Below are positions 1-10,427 of a DNA stretch of 64,000 bases, piece after piece. Location: the NCBI GenBank assembly GCA_044226015.1, contig JBGAHS010000010.1:1-64000 (forward strand), written 5' to 3'. A program made the position numbers and the translations under genes. The notes beneath the pieces are model-generated. The model saw only the letters and a program-made list of their open reading frames with translations, was not told the origin of the DNA and ran no database searches. The stretch is from Candidatus Obscuribacteraceae bacterium (lineage in GTDB: Bacteria; Cyanobacteriota; Vampirovibrionia; Obscuribacterales; Obscuribacteraceae). How positions within the stretch are numbered: position 1 is the stretch's first letter; the number at the start of each line of letters is the position of its first letter.

Positions 1-87
1 TTCCTGAACCGGCTTCGATTCTTTGCTAATGCTTGTTTGTTCCGACAACAGTCAATCACTTCGGTACTCTTGTCGCGAACTTCTTTA

Positions 88-1416
88 TCAAATCATTTTT
101 GCGCAGATGCCTCTACCACGCTCCACCTCGGACGGATACGTCTCGGTTGAATCACCTGATTCTCGAAATGAGTCTGCTGTTTTTTCAAACGTTGCGTTGT
201 TGCATAAAACTGCTGCACGCAGTAAATCACATGTGGAAGGTGCTTTGTTAGCGATTTGCTCCACTAGAGGAAATGAGTCTTCCTGGTTTGCTATATTAAA
301 GTCCGCAAGATTTGCGAATATGCGCACGACTTGCATATCGTTTTCTGTAAGCGTGCCGGTTTTGTCCGTGCATATGACATTGGTGCATCCAAGTGCCTCA
401 ACTGAGGAGAGTCGTTTAACCAGTGCGTTACGCTTTGCCATTCTCTGCACAGCTAAAGCGAGGGCAAGTGTTATGGTTGGAACCATTCCTTCAGGAACAA
501 ATGCAACAATCATTCCCATCGAAAAAACGAAAGCCTGTCCTGGAGTGCTCAATGAAAGTGAAGTCGCAAGGATGTACATTGCGGCACCAATTCCCAGCGC
601 CAGCAGAGTGATAACCTTGCTGACCCGGGACATTTCTCTCTGTAGCGGGCTTGGTTGTTCAGCGATTGTCTGTGTCAGGTGTGCGATTCGCCCGAACTGT
701 GTGCCTGTTCCTGTTGCATAGACCACGGCTCTAGCATGCCCAGAAATGATTGAGGTTCCTGCAAAAATCAGGTTTTGCATTTCTGCTTTAAGCAAGTTGC
801 CGTTGTTTTGCGATGATGTAATTTCTTCAGCGCGTTTTCTTATTGAGTGAGACTCTCCAGTAAGAGTTGATTGGTCAACTTCAAGCGAATTTGCTTCCGC
901 AATTCTGGCATCAGCTGGAACTTGGTCTCCTTCTTCCAAAACTATTATGTCGCCGGGGACAAGTCTGGCAGATTGGATTAATTGAACTGTGGCGTTCCTC
1001 ACCACCTTTACGCGTGAGGGAAGCAAGTTTTTTAGAGCTTCGGTTGCTTTCTCTGCCCTAAACTCTTGCCATAAACTAAATGCGCCGTTGATTATGTTTA
1101 CGAGCCAGATAGCAATTGCGAGGTCGGGCATCTCAGCGATGTATGCAAGAATGCCTGCGATCCAGAGCAAGACGGCCATCGTGTGCAGGAAATTTTCGCG
1201 AATGAGTGAAAAGAAGGATGACTTCTTCTGCACGCTTATCGAGTTGGGTCCGTGGCGCCGTAAGCGAGACGCTGCTTCATCTTCACTCAGTCCTGTTGCA
1301 GCTGTGTTTAATCTTTCGAACACTTCTGAGAGCGGTAATTTAGCCAAATCTGGCGAAGAATGCGAGCAAGCGACAGTCTCTGCCGCTAAGTCAACTTTGC
1401 TTGCATTTTTGTTCAT
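88..1416 (-). pseudogene. Type II cation-transporting P-type ATPase, C-terminally truncated
   Basis: LTGES actuator motif, VPEG in TM4 and DKTGTLT phosphorylation motif are present. Similarity ends just after GDSTE and the ORF stops at 442 aa, whereas full-length members are about 900 aa. Confidence 0.75.
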
Positions 1417-1491
1417 TCAACCATTATTGTGCAGCCAAGCAAAAAGTAACTCATCCTCCAGGCTTATTAATGAGCTTGGCCGTACTTTACT

Positions 1492-2196
1492 TTAATTCTT
1501 CGGCGCAAGGCTCATTAAGAAGTCTATCAAGCTCTCTCTCTGAGAGTCACTGAGTGGTGCTCTCGGCATGATGTCTGCACCTGCGCTAGAGGGCGATTTT
1601 AAGAGTTCTTCTATATTCTCTCGGTTTCTGCGTGCCGAAACCCCGTCAAGCGCTGCGGCTGTTGTTCCACCCAAGCCGCCAACTGAGTGGCAAGCCAGGC
1701 AGCCACCATTGTAGAAAAGCTCTTTGCCAGCTTTGAGTTGTTTTGCCTGGTCTTGCTCGTTCCGCGTCTTTGGCTGAGATGCTTGCGTATTTGATTTGTC
1801 GCTTGCTTTATGTGCCAGGTGTGGATTTTTTTGTTCAGCAACTTTATTGTTTAGCGTATTCAGATATGAAATGAGTGAGTCAACCTGAGTTGCTGCAAAT
1901 CGTGGGTGTGGAACAAGCTCAGCATGTCCTATAAGCTTTACAAAATCATCTTCGCTGTTCTTACCCAGTCGCAACTGGAGGTATTTCTTGTCATGTCTCT
2001 TCGTTACGCCATTGAGGTCTGGGGCGAGGCATCCGCCTGTACCTGCTATCGAGTGACACAGTGCGCAATTCAGTGTTTTATAGAGCTTTTTGCCGTCGTC
2101 GATTTTTTTCGTTTCTTTATCAGCAGCGTGTGTTTGAGCCAGTGGTAAAACAGCAGCAATACTGATTGCAAAGATAAGTTGAAGTCGACGTTCCAT
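1492..2196 (-). CDS. Exported di-haem c-type cytochrome
   Basis: Signal peptide ending AHA, two CxxCH motifs (CALCH, CLACH) each preceded by GK(K/E)L(Y/F), and a distal MP motif in domain 2. Confidence 0.9.
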   Translation of the reverse strand: MERRLQLIFAISIAAVLPLAQTHAADKETKKIDDGKKLYKTLNCALCHSIAGTGGCLAPDLNGVTKRHDKKYLQLRLGKNSEDDFVKLIGHAELVPHPRFAATQVDSLISYLNTLNNKVAEQKNPHLAHKASDKSNTQASQPKTRNEQDQAKQLKAGKELFYNGGCLACHSVGGLGGTTAAALDGVSARRNRENIEELLKSPSSAGADIMPRAPLSDSQRESLIDFLMSLAPKN

Positions 2197-2402
2197 TAGT
2201 TTCTCCCCTGCGCTCTACTTCGTTGTCAAAAACGCCCTTGAGTGCAACATTCCGTTCAATTCTTATTTGAAATGAAAGCTGCTTCTTTGTGAACATTTTA
2301 GCGTGCTTTCTTGTTTTTTGAATGAGGAATTATCGAAATTCATCAGCCTCAGGCTTTATCAGGTGTGGAGACAGCAGGTGGTCTTTCTTTGCGTGCTAAT
2401 GG

Positions 2403-2429
2403 CAAGAGCCCGCTTTTGGCGGGCTCTTG
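2403..2429 (-). terminator. Stem-loop downstream of hsp20, probable intrinsic terminator
   Basis: Perfect 11-bp inverted repeat CAAGAGCCCGC-TTTTG-GCGGGCTCTTG, 15 bp past the stop codon. The U-tract is weak. Confidence 0.65.
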
Positions 2430-2444
2430 TGTAAACATCAGATT

Positions 2445-2960
2445 CTAGTTTTCTGGTTTGATTTCAACCTTTTTTACATTCTTGAAAGCTTCTTTGAATT
2501 TTGGCATGGTGATTCTAAGAACGCCATTCTTGAAGGTCGCTTCTACATTTTGTCGGTCTATTTCATAAGGTAACGGAATGATTCTGCGGAAAGATCCAAA
2601 TTTTCGTTCGCAGGTGTGGAAGCCGTGCTCATGGTCTTCGCGTTCTTCTTCCTCTTTCTTTTCGCCAGTAATTGTGAGAGCGTGTGTGTCTACAATTACT
2701 TTAATGTCGTTCATGTCTACGCCAGGAATTTCGGCGGTGACCATGATGCGATTGTCCTTTTCTTTGTAGTCAACTTTGACATGTACGTCATTGAAAAATG
2801 GGTCTGCAAATCGAGGACGTAAGAGGCTCATTCCTCTTGTGAAATCGTCAAACAATTGATTCATGTCTCTTTGCAGCAAATAGAATGGGTAAGCTTTCAT
2901 GGCTTCTTTTGCTGATGTTGCTATGTCTTTGGTTTCCTTTTCTAAAGTGCTTGTATTCAT
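2445..2960 (-). CDS. Small heat shock protein (Hsp20/alpha-crystallin)
   Basis: AEIPGV, ITGEK, ERKFGSFRRIIPLP and ATFKNGVLRITMPK motifs. Start placed at the ATG at 2960, which has an AGGAG RBS. Confidence 0.95.
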   Translation of the reverse strand: MNTSTLEKETKDIATSAKEAMKAYPFYLLQRDMNQLFDDFTRGMSLLRPRFADPFFNDVHVKVDYKEKDNRIMVTAEIPGVDMNDIKVIVDTHALTITGEKKEEEEREDHEHGFHTCERKFGSFRRIIPLPYEIDRQNVEATFKNGVLRITMPKFKEAFKNVKKVEIKPEN

Positions 2961-3388
2961 AATAATTCTCCTGGACCTTGCTTTGTACGTGCTGTTCTCC
3001 GACGCAAAGCATAATTCTTCAAAGTGAGCAGCAGGGTCGAGCACAACGACAACGGGGACCTGTTATCGTTGTGCTCTAAGATCAAATAGATCATTTCGTT
3101 TTTGCAGAACAAGAATAGATCATTGCACTTTCCAGTTCCTCCACCAGAAGGACGAAACTTAAAGGAAACCACGCGAAAATGTGGTATCAGATATGGTTCT
3201 CGCTTTCCGTTCGTAGCAATGATCTAACGAAATGTGTCGCGGCAGATTCTTTGAGGAGAAGAACTGGGGCTCAAATCCCTTGAGTGTCAGCGTCTGGCAG
3301 TCGCCATATTGCTTACTCTCAAGTTAATCCTTTTGATGGATGTCGACAGTTCAAAACAATTTCTATGATTGTTGTATGAGGAGCTGTT

Positions 3389-3856
3389 ATGAAAGTGCTT
3401 GTAGCAATTGATGGAGAAGTTTTCGCCAAGGCGATTACAGACATACTTTGCTCACACAGGTGGGAGCAAGGGGCATGCTTTCGATTGATAAATGTTTGCC
3501 ACCTTTGTTATTGCATCAATGGCTCCTCAATAAATTCAGACAACGCAATAGCAGCTGATGAAACATTACTTCAGGAAACTCGAGAACTCATTAATAAGAG
3601 TATTCCCGGGGTCAATATTGAGTGTGTTACCCGTTCTGGAGACCCATCGGAAGAGCTTCTAGCTGAATGCAAAGCCTGGAAGCCAGATTTGTTAGTCATG
3701 GGAAGCCATGGACAGAAGTATTGCGGAAGGTCTCTCCTGGGTAGTGTTTCGCATTTTTTGATAAATCACATTGATTGTTCAGCATTAATAGTTCGGTTGC
3801 CGGCGGATGTATCTCAACAGATAATCATTTCGGCTGGAGCTACTGCTACAGCTTGA
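3389..3856 (+). CDS. Universal stress protein
   Basis: MKVLVAIDG N-terminus and DLLVMGSHG...LLGSVSH Usp signature; GAGGAG RBS. Confidence 0.92.
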   Translation: MKVLVAIDGEVFAKAITDILCSHRWEQGACFRLINVCHLCYCINGSSINSDNAIAADETLLQETRELINKSIPGVNIECVTRSGDPSEELLAECKAWKPDLLVMGSHGQKYCGRSLLGSVSHFLINHIDCSALIVRLPADVSQQIIISAGATATA

Positions 3857-4043
3857 GTGTGAACTTTGAATTAGGTGCAGTCTAGCGATTTTGCACGCAA
3901 AATTCGCGAGCGCACTTACCGATCAAATATTTGGTGTGCGATAACCCGTCAAGGCAGCAAGCTGAATTTCGCTAGCAGGTAATTTCCATGTTCGCTTGGG
4001 GGCGCTAGAATAGTTGCTGTTGAATTAGCTTTGGGGATCGCGA

Positions 4044-4592
4044 GTGGAGAATCGACAGCAAGAGTGGGAGCGGCTTGTATGTGCTGCTAGGGAAGCTCTT
4101 CAAAATACTCAAACTGTTGAGCTGGCAAATGCTTCATGTTATAAGGTTCTCCGCCTTTGGAAGTATTCATCATTTGCTGAGCCTCAGAGTTGGACTTTAC
4201 TGAAAAACGTGCATGGTGCTTATGCAGTCGAACGCGTTTTGTGGGATCGCACAGACGATGGCGAAAGAATGTTCGTGGCGAAAGCAGGGTTGCGCCATCC
4301 CTCTGGTTTCAGCGAGACTCCCTCGATTTCGAGGACTACTGTGTTGATAGAAAACACTGAACTGCTTGTGCTTTTGGAAGACCTCGTCAATTGTTATTTT
4401 TCGCCATTTTGTATTGAGTCACCTAGCGTCATTGACGGAAATAACTTTGGTTTGGAAACCTATGGAGCGATTAGTTGTCGCTTTGTTTGGAGTGATGATA
4501 TGCCTGAAGCTTGGCTGGAACTCCGGAAATGGTATGAGCGGGCGATACTGGTGTTTGAATCTGCAATTTGCCCGGCTGACGATCCGGTTTGA
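4044..4592 (+). CDS. Hypothetical protein
   Basis: 182-aa ORF with globular composition; no motif recognised. Confidence 0.6.
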   Translation: MENRQQEWERLVCAAREALQNTQTVELANASCYKVLRLWKYSSFAEPQSWTLLKNVHGAYAVERVLWDRTDDGERMFVAKAGLRHPSGFSETPSISRTTVLIENTELLVLLEDLVNCYFSPFCIESPSVIDGNNFGLETYGAISCRFVWSDDMPEAWLELRKWYERAILVFESAICPADDPV

Positions 4593-4758
4593 TGTTTTTG
4601 TAGGCTATGGCTGAAATTCGTATATTTAATTGGACTCAAGTGTACATCTAAAAACTATTGAACTTGAGAAGATTGCCATAGATGACATTTTAGTTTTGCA
4701 GTTCGAAGATAAGCGTTTAGAATGGAGTTCGACCATATTGCAATCGGAAACTTTTGTC

Positions 4759-6009
4759 ATGCAGCGCTCATTAACGTTAATTTGTGTATGTTTTGCCCTC
4801 GGGTTCTGGCTTTGCGGCACAGCTGCTGATGCAGCCGTGGAAAAATCTGAGCAGGAAAAATCCTGGGAGAAGACTCTGAAGCAGGGTGTAGATGCTTTAG
4901 ATACAAACAAATATTGGCTCGCTGAACCCTTATTGAAGCAGGCTGTGGTGGAAGCTGCTAATTTTGGTGCGGAAGATTTGAGACTTGCTAAGTCTTATTC
5001 TGAGTTGGGCCGACTGTATACGGTCAGAGGAAAATTCTCTGATGCGGAGCCGCTCCTCGAGGAAGAACTCTTCATCAAGCAACAAACTCTTGATGAGGAA
5101 GGTGACCAGGTGGTACCGGCTATGGGGTCAATGGTCAAGTTCTATTTGAATTATGGAAGCAAGGACAAGGCTGATAAGCTTTGCTCTGAGATGTTGCAGA
5201 TAGTTGAAGGCAAGCTAGCTGCAGCCGCCAGTGGACCAAAGTCAAAAGCAACAAAAGTCGGAAAAACCTACATGCTGGAAGCTTGGGCTGGCGTTGCCTC
5301 GCAGGCTGTGCGTGACCCGTTTCTTGAGTGGGCGATAGCTTGTGACGCAGTCGGCAATGTATACATGGCGCAGAAGGATTTTGACAGGGCTGAGCAATTG
5401 TACAAGGCGGCTTTAGAGGTTAAAGAAACCGTGTATGGAAAGACTCATCTTTCTCTGGCAAATAGCTACGACAGTCTGGGTACGCTCGCTCTTGCGAGAA
5501 AAAATTACGCTGCAGCCGAGTCGCATTTGAAAGATGCTTACGAAATGACAGCAAAGATTTTGCCTAAGTCAAATCCTCAAGTTTTCGGTAGGCTCGACAA
5601 ATACGCGAAATGTTTGGCTCAAGATGGCAAACGAGCTGAGGCTCAACAACTTTACTCTGCTGCCCAAGCTTGTTGGAAAGATGCTAAGGAACCATCAAGC
5701 GATGCAATTAGAGCTTGCTTTGCACTGGGCAATTTGTATTGCGAAGACAAGGACTTTGTATCTGCTGAGCCTTTGTTGAAGCGGGCAATGGACGAAGCCA
5801 GAACTTATTATGGTGAAAGCTCTGAGTCTGTGGTGCCTTATATTCAACGTTATGCTTATGCCCTCTATTATCTTGGCAGAAAGCCAGAGTCTGATGAATT
5901 TAAGGCTCTTGCGGCAAGTATCACGGGCGATGTCATTCCAGTTGCAGAGGTTCCGAAAAAGGTCGCAGGCAACGAGTCCGCAGGCACCGGCAGCGGTACT
6001 ACGCATTAG
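4759..6009 (+). CDS. Exported TPR-repeat protein
   Basis: Signal peptide from the ATG at 4759 and repeated kinesin-light-chain-like TPR units (LAKSYSELGRLY..G.FSDAEPLL; LANSYDSLGTL). Confidence 0.85.
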   Translation: MQRSLTLICVCFALGFWLCGTAADAAVEKSEQEKSWEKTLKQGVDALDTNKYWLAEPLLKQAVVEAANFGAEDLRLAKSYSELGRLYTVRGKFSDAEPLLEEELFIKQQTLDEEGDQVVPAMGSMVKFYLNYGSKDKADKLCSEMLQIVEGKLAAAASGPKSKATKVGKTYMLEAWAGVASQAVRDPFLEWAIACDAVGNVYMAQKDFDRAEQLYKAALEVKETVYGKTHLSLANSYDSLGTLALARKNYAAAESHLKDAYEMTAKILPKSNPQVFGRLDKYAKCLAQDGKRAEAQQLYSAAQACWKDAKEPSSDAIRACFALGNLYCEDKDFVSAEPLLKRAMDEARTYYGESSESVVPYIQRYAYALYYLGRKPESDEFKALAASITGDVIPVAEVPKKVAGNESAGTGSGTTH

Positions 6010-6024
6010 TTCCGTGGGCGTGAT

Positions 6025-7158
6025 TTAGTGTTTCAGGCTTGTATAGTTGAATAGCGGATTTGGTGCGTGTGATGCATCATACACTTGCCACTTCGTGTTG
6101 AAGTTCGCTTCGTTCCAAACGTGGGGTTGTGGTCGCTTTATCCCCAGCATTCCTTCGCGCATTCTGGCTGGTAGTCCGAGGTCGTCAGCGATTGTCTTAA
6201 ACACGGCAGAGCGTGGCAAGCAGACGCCACTTCCTTTTGATAAAAACAGACCAACTGGAATTTCCTTGCAGCCTCTTCGAAGTGTTTGTTCGTAGATAGC
6301 AGCTAGTTCTTCGCCTGGGAGGTTGTATCTGTTCATGAGTTGTGAAACATGGTTTCTAAGATCCATTGCCATCTGAGGGGAGACGGGAACGCCAGCGTAA
6401 CGTAGTCTTGCATCCTCGATAGCGGCACGTAAAATTGGATCATTCTGGCGGTCAACCACTATGAATTGTTCTGCTCGATTGACTGCGCCACCAAACTTTG
6501 AAAAGCCCGCCGAATCAACTACTGTCGGCAATCTCACGCCATCTACAATGCGACCAGTAAGAAGTCCAGTTTCAACATATTCCTGTGACATCTTCAGTGC
6601 TTGAGCGCTCATCGGAGCGATTTCGGCCGCTGCTACGCTATCGAATGTGCTGAACTTTGGAAGTGGACGATTTATCGTCAGCGATAGCGGAGTATGCGCA
6701 CCGATATCGGTGCCTGTGTCTAATGCAAGCCTGCTGGAAAGTGGAAGTCGACTTAGCGTGTTCTCCCCAGAAGCGACTGCCAACATCTCTAGCTTGCTGA
6801 TCTCACTAGCTGCTGCTTTTCCGAGGAGCGGGGCTTCCCTCGAAACAAAAGCGGAAGTGTTGCCAGGCTTGCGCCCAAGGGTGGCTACTGCCGCCACCAG
6901 GAACATCGTAGCTAACGCTGTCTCTGTTGATGGTATCTCAATTGGTAATTTATTGTTCGGTGAGTCGCTGTTTGCTGCCAGTGTGCCCATACTCAGAAGG
7001 TGACTTTCTGCGAAGGCTGGCAGCTTTGAAGCAGCATTCTCTCTGTTTGAAGTGCCCGACAGCGTGGGAAGTCCAATTTCGCTCAAAAGACGATGACTGC
7101 TAGAGAGGTCTGGTGATTCCTCTTTTTCCTTTTTCGATTCTTGATTTTCAAAAGACAT
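6025..7158 (-). CDS. Protein with C-terminal transglutaminase-like/EDR1-like cysteine-protease domain
   Basis: GVCLPRSAVFKTIADDLGLPAR...HVWNE...VYD gives a Cys-His-Asp triad in transglutaminase-fold order. Confidence 0.7.
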   Translation of the reverse strand: MSFENQESKKEKEESPDLSSSHRLLSEIGLPTLSGTSNRENAASKLPAFAESHLLSMGTLAANSDSPNNKLPIEIPSTETALATMFLVAAVATLGRKPGNTSAFVSREAPLLGKAAASEISKLEMLAVASGENTLSRLPLSSRLALDTGTDIGAHTPLSLTINRPLPKFSTFDSVAAAEIAPMSAQALKMSQEYVETGLLTGRIVDGVRLPTVVDSAGFSKFGGAVNRAEQFIVVDRQNDPILRAAIEDARLRYAGVPVSPQMAMDLRNHVSQLMNRYNLPGEELAAIYEQTLRRGCKEIPVGLFLSKGSGVCLPRSAVFKTIADDLGLPARMREGMLGIKRPQPHVWNEANFNTKWQVYDASHAPNPLFNYTSLKH

Positions 7159-7261
7159 TTGCAGCCACTCCCGAATTGATTATGGCAATTCAGGCTGGCG
7201 GCGTCACCCCGGAAAATACGTAGACGCTTTTGAGAGTATTTTGGATGTGCCTAATTTCAGG

Positions 7262-7630
7262 CTATTCCAACCAATCGTAAAGCGATTTGGCTTCACTCGT
7301 TTTTGTTCCCTGAGTTCTTCCAAGCTCTCTTTCATTTTCCAGGCAGCTGTGCTGCGAAATGTGCATGTCCTGAATAACTTCATCGGGATGAACATCGCCG
7401 CGGGCTTTCCAGAAGTCTTTGCCGTGATGTTCTACGCGTCGATTGTGGCGGACGCTCAGGTCCATGTGCATCTTGTCGATGACGTCGTTTGGGTGAAGAG
7501 GATCTCTTGCTGCTGATTTGTGCTGCGCATCATGCAATTTCATTGCATCAGCATTTTTCTTGCCCAGGTGCGTCACAATCCAGGCTGTTCCTCTGAAAAA
7601 ATCGATAATGTCTTCAAATACTGTAAACAT
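7262..7630 (-). CDS. Hypothetical His/Asp-rich protein
   Basis: ORF of about 120 aa with an internal repeat (LHPNDVIDKMH / VHPDEVIQDMH). Confidence 0.55.
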   Translation of the reverse strand: MFTVFEDIIDFFRGTAWIVTHLGKKNADAMKLHDAQHKSAARDPLHPNDVIDKMHMDLSVRHNRRVEHHGKDFWKARGDVHPDEVIQDMHISQHSCLENERELGRTQGTKTSEAKSLYDWLE

Positions 7631-7952
7631 GATAACCACCAGATTCTTTGCTGCATTTTGTATTTCGACTGTTTACGCTAACAATCATACCTATATTGAG
7701 TTACCCCGGCATTGACCTGCCGAGTGATTGATCTTGGGCTCAGTGGAGTATGCCTCATCCGAACGATTGATCCGTTTAAAGTCGAGTAAAAGCGGATTTT
7801 GTAATCCTTTTGACCAGTTTTAAAAACCTTTTGCAGAGCATAGCTCCATCTAGCCTTTGCTGGACTTATTTCGGAGCTATTAACTGTGCCAATTCAGACA
7901 GTCTTATTATCAGCCAAGATTACATTCTTCGAGAACCTTATTTGTGGCTGAA

Positions 7953-8588
7953 TCAACCGAGCTGAATCCAGACTTCGTTGCGTCTCATAAATGGTAGCGT
8001 CCAAGGGGGATTGTAGAAAGCTCTGAGAGGTTCTCCCGTGATGGCGCTTCCTTTAGTCTTGAGATAGGCGCGTAATTCATCCTCGTGTTTTTTCATGCTT
8101 TCTTCGTTGGCTGGCCCAGAAAATTTGATGACCGCAAATTTTCGAGGTTCAATTTTCTTGAATTGAATTCGCTTGTCTATTGCCTCGGGAAGGTCACTCA
8201 GAGAGTACTTTGCTGGCATGTAGAAACTCATCAGCATTTCGCCTTGAGTGTTCAACGTAGTGACGGGTATCGTCATTGCAATTTTCTCCGACACTTTTGA
8301 TTCTGTGACGGGAACCGTCATTGCGATTTTGTCTTTGCGGATGTTTTTGCCGAAAATGTAGCCGGCCAAAATTTTGAACGCCTGATTTGCTGCTTCTTTA
8401 CCGGTTCCTACGACTTGCACTTGTGCTGCGATAACTGATGGGTATTCCCTGATCTCGATGTTGCCCTCTTTTTCGCTAACCGTGTATGCGGGTTCCTCAT
8501 ACTTTGCCAGTGCTTCTTGTCCTGCAATAAACGCCACGGTTCCTATACCTGCGGCGAGAATACTTGTAATAATGATCGCTTTTCTCAT
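7953..8588 (-). CDS. SOUL haem-binding protein
   Basis: YEEPAY..EIREYP, AF..LAGYIFG.N, KIAMTVPV and YNPPWTLPFMRRNEV motifs. Confidence 0.92.
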   Translation of the reverse strand: MRKAIIITSILAAGIGTVAFIAGQEALAKYEEPAYTVSEKEGNIEIREYPSVIAAQVQVVGTGKEAANQAFKILAGYIFGKNIRKDKIAMTVPVTESKVSEKIAMTIPVTTLNTQGEMLMSFYMPAKYSLSDLPEAIDKRIQFKKIEPRKFAVIKFSGPANEESMKKHEDELRAYLKTKGSAITGEPLRAFYNPPWTLPFMRRNEVWIQLG

Positions 8589-8598
8589 AGGAACTCCG

Positions 8599-10146
8599 TC
8601 AGGTTGGGCTGTTTAAGAGTGTCGAAGAAGGAAGACGATGCACACCGCCATCCATTTTGCAGTTTGAGGCTTTAGCTAAACCACGTAGCATGCCGCTGAA
8701 GATGAATTCGTGAAACGGTGTGACGGCAAACCAATACGCTAAGCCCAGTAATCCGGATGGCAGAAATCTGGCTATCTGAATTATTTGAGTCTTGTTATCG
8801 CCTTGTGGAATTATTTGGAATTCCAATGCCGCTTGTCCAGGTAAGCGCATTTCAGCGATGAGCAATAGCCTTCTATCTGGCTCTACCGCTTTTGCTCGCC
8901 AGAAATCAATGGCGTCGCCTGTTCCAATCTGGTCTGGATGGCGGCGCCCTCTTCTCAGCCCCGTTCCTCCGAAAAGTTGATCAAAAAAGCCGCGCAAGAT
9001 CCACAGCCAGTTAGCATAGTACCAGCCTGTACTACCGCCTATTCGTGAGATGGCGTGCCAGGCATCTTTCGCGCCACCGTCTATGGTGATTGTTCGGATG
9101 TCACTGAATACGGTGCCTCCCGACCAATTCGGATCTGACTTGTTGAACCACTCAACTGGTGGAAGCTTGCCAGCATCGGTCCAATGGCTTTCGACCTGGT
9201 GGTGCTGAATTTTGTCTATGGCCAATTGCATGGCTTTTTCGCAGCTCAGTAACTCCTGGGGAATGAGTTCTCTTATGCGTGACTCCATGCACACAGCTGG
9301 GTTGCGTAGCCCGTCAGCTAAGGGGCGCGCGATGAATGCTGGTACCGGGGTGATAAAGTTGATCCAGTAAGAGCTTAGTTTAGGCGTGAAAACAGGCACC
9401 GGGACGATAAAAGGTGCCGGTAAGCCAGCTTGCCTTGCGTAAATCTTCATGAGCTCTCTGTAGGTTACAATTTCTGTGCCACCAATGTCGAACGTTTGAT
9501 TATAAGTGTTTTTGTTTGCCAGGCATGCGACAAGATAGTAAAGCACGTTCCTGATTGCGATTGGTTGAGATGGAGTGTTCACCCACTTTGGCGTAATCAT
9601 CACAGGTAGACGTTCAACCAGGTATCTGAGAATTTCGAATGAGGCGCTGCCCGAGCCGATTATCATTGCAGCACGCAAAATCGTAGTTGGATATTTAGCT
9701 GTCTTTAGAATGTCACCGACTTCGGCACGTGATTGAAGGTGCTTTGAGAGGTTGGTATTTGTTTCGCCTAAGCCACCCAAATAAATCAGCTGGTCAATTC
9801 CTGCCTTCTCACCGGCGCGAACCATAACTTGTGCTGCTGCTCGATCTGCTTCTGCGAAATCCTTATTTTGCGGATTCATTGAATGCACGAGATAGAACAC
9901 GTAGGCGCAATCTTTGAGAGCTGTCTCTGCGTCATCCTCATTCTGAATATCCAGGGCGCATAATTCAACGTTATTGTGTTTTGCCCAAGAACGCTCGCGC
10001 ATTTTCTCTATGGAGCGGCTTGCCGCCCTCACGATGAAGTCTTGGTCGAGAAGCTGCTGCACGAGACGGGTGCCCACATAGCCAGTAGCACCAATAACGA
10101 GAACTCGCCTGTCTCTTTGATTAGCAGTCATTTCAGATCTCCTCAT
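8599..10146 (-). CDS. YbjT-like atypical SDR with C-terminal DUF2867 domain
   Basis: GATGYVG Rossmann motif, YLVHSM, HLQSRAEVG, IIGSGSASFE, IGG..GWYY..WLW and AEMRLPG.A.LEF. Confidence 0.9.
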   Translation of the reverse strand: MRRSEMTANQRDRRVLVIGATGYVGTRLVQQLLDQDFIVRAASRSIEKMRERSWAKHNNVELCALDIQNEDDAETALKDCAYVFYLVHSMNPQNKDFAEADRAAAQVMVRAGEKAGIDQLIYLGGLGETNTNLSKHLQSRAEVGDILKTAKYPTTILRAAMIIGSGSASFEILRYLVERLPVMITPKWVNTPSQPIAIRNVLYYLVACLANKNTYNQTFDIGGTEIVTYRELMKIYARQAGLPAPFIVPVPVFTPKLSSYWINFITPVPAFIARPLADGLRNPAVCMESRIRELIPQELLSCEKAMQLAIDKIQHHQVESHWTDAGKLPPVEWFNKSDPNWSGGTVFSDIRTITIDGGAKDAWHAISRIGGSTGWYYANWLWILRGFFDQLFGGTGLRRGRRHPDQIGTGDAIDFWRAKAVEPDRRLLLIAEMRLPGQAALEFQIIPQGDNKTQIIQIARFLPSGLLGLAYWFAVTPFHEFIFSGMLRGLAKASNCKMDGGVHRLPSSTLLNSPT

Positions 10147-10283
10147 TTCTACATTAGCATGAGGCGAATGAACGCTAGGTGAACACGTTGACTATAGGCG
10201 GTGAGGGCTGTCTGCAGTCGAATCTACGAATTGCTGTTTTGCTGACAGGAAGTGCAAAAGATTGAAGATAATAAGCTGTTTGA

Positions 10284-10340
10284 CCCTGAGCATGCTGCGG
10301 GTTCCTGAGCATGCTGCGGGTCCCTGAGCATGCTGCGGGT
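10284..10340. repeat. 19-bp tandem repeat, three copies
   Basis: (C/T)CCTGAGCATGCTGCGGGT repeated three times. Confidence 0.9.
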
Positions 10341-10427
10341 GCTGCAATTCTAAGCCGGGAGCATGACAGTTGCTTGCTACTTTGGTTTCTACAGGCAATG
10401 ACTTCAGTTACTCAAGGAACTCTTGGG

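Noticed and set aside
2960..3389. CIRCE/HrcA operator upstream of hsp20
   Set aside because: No TTAGCACTC-N9-GAGTGCTAA match.
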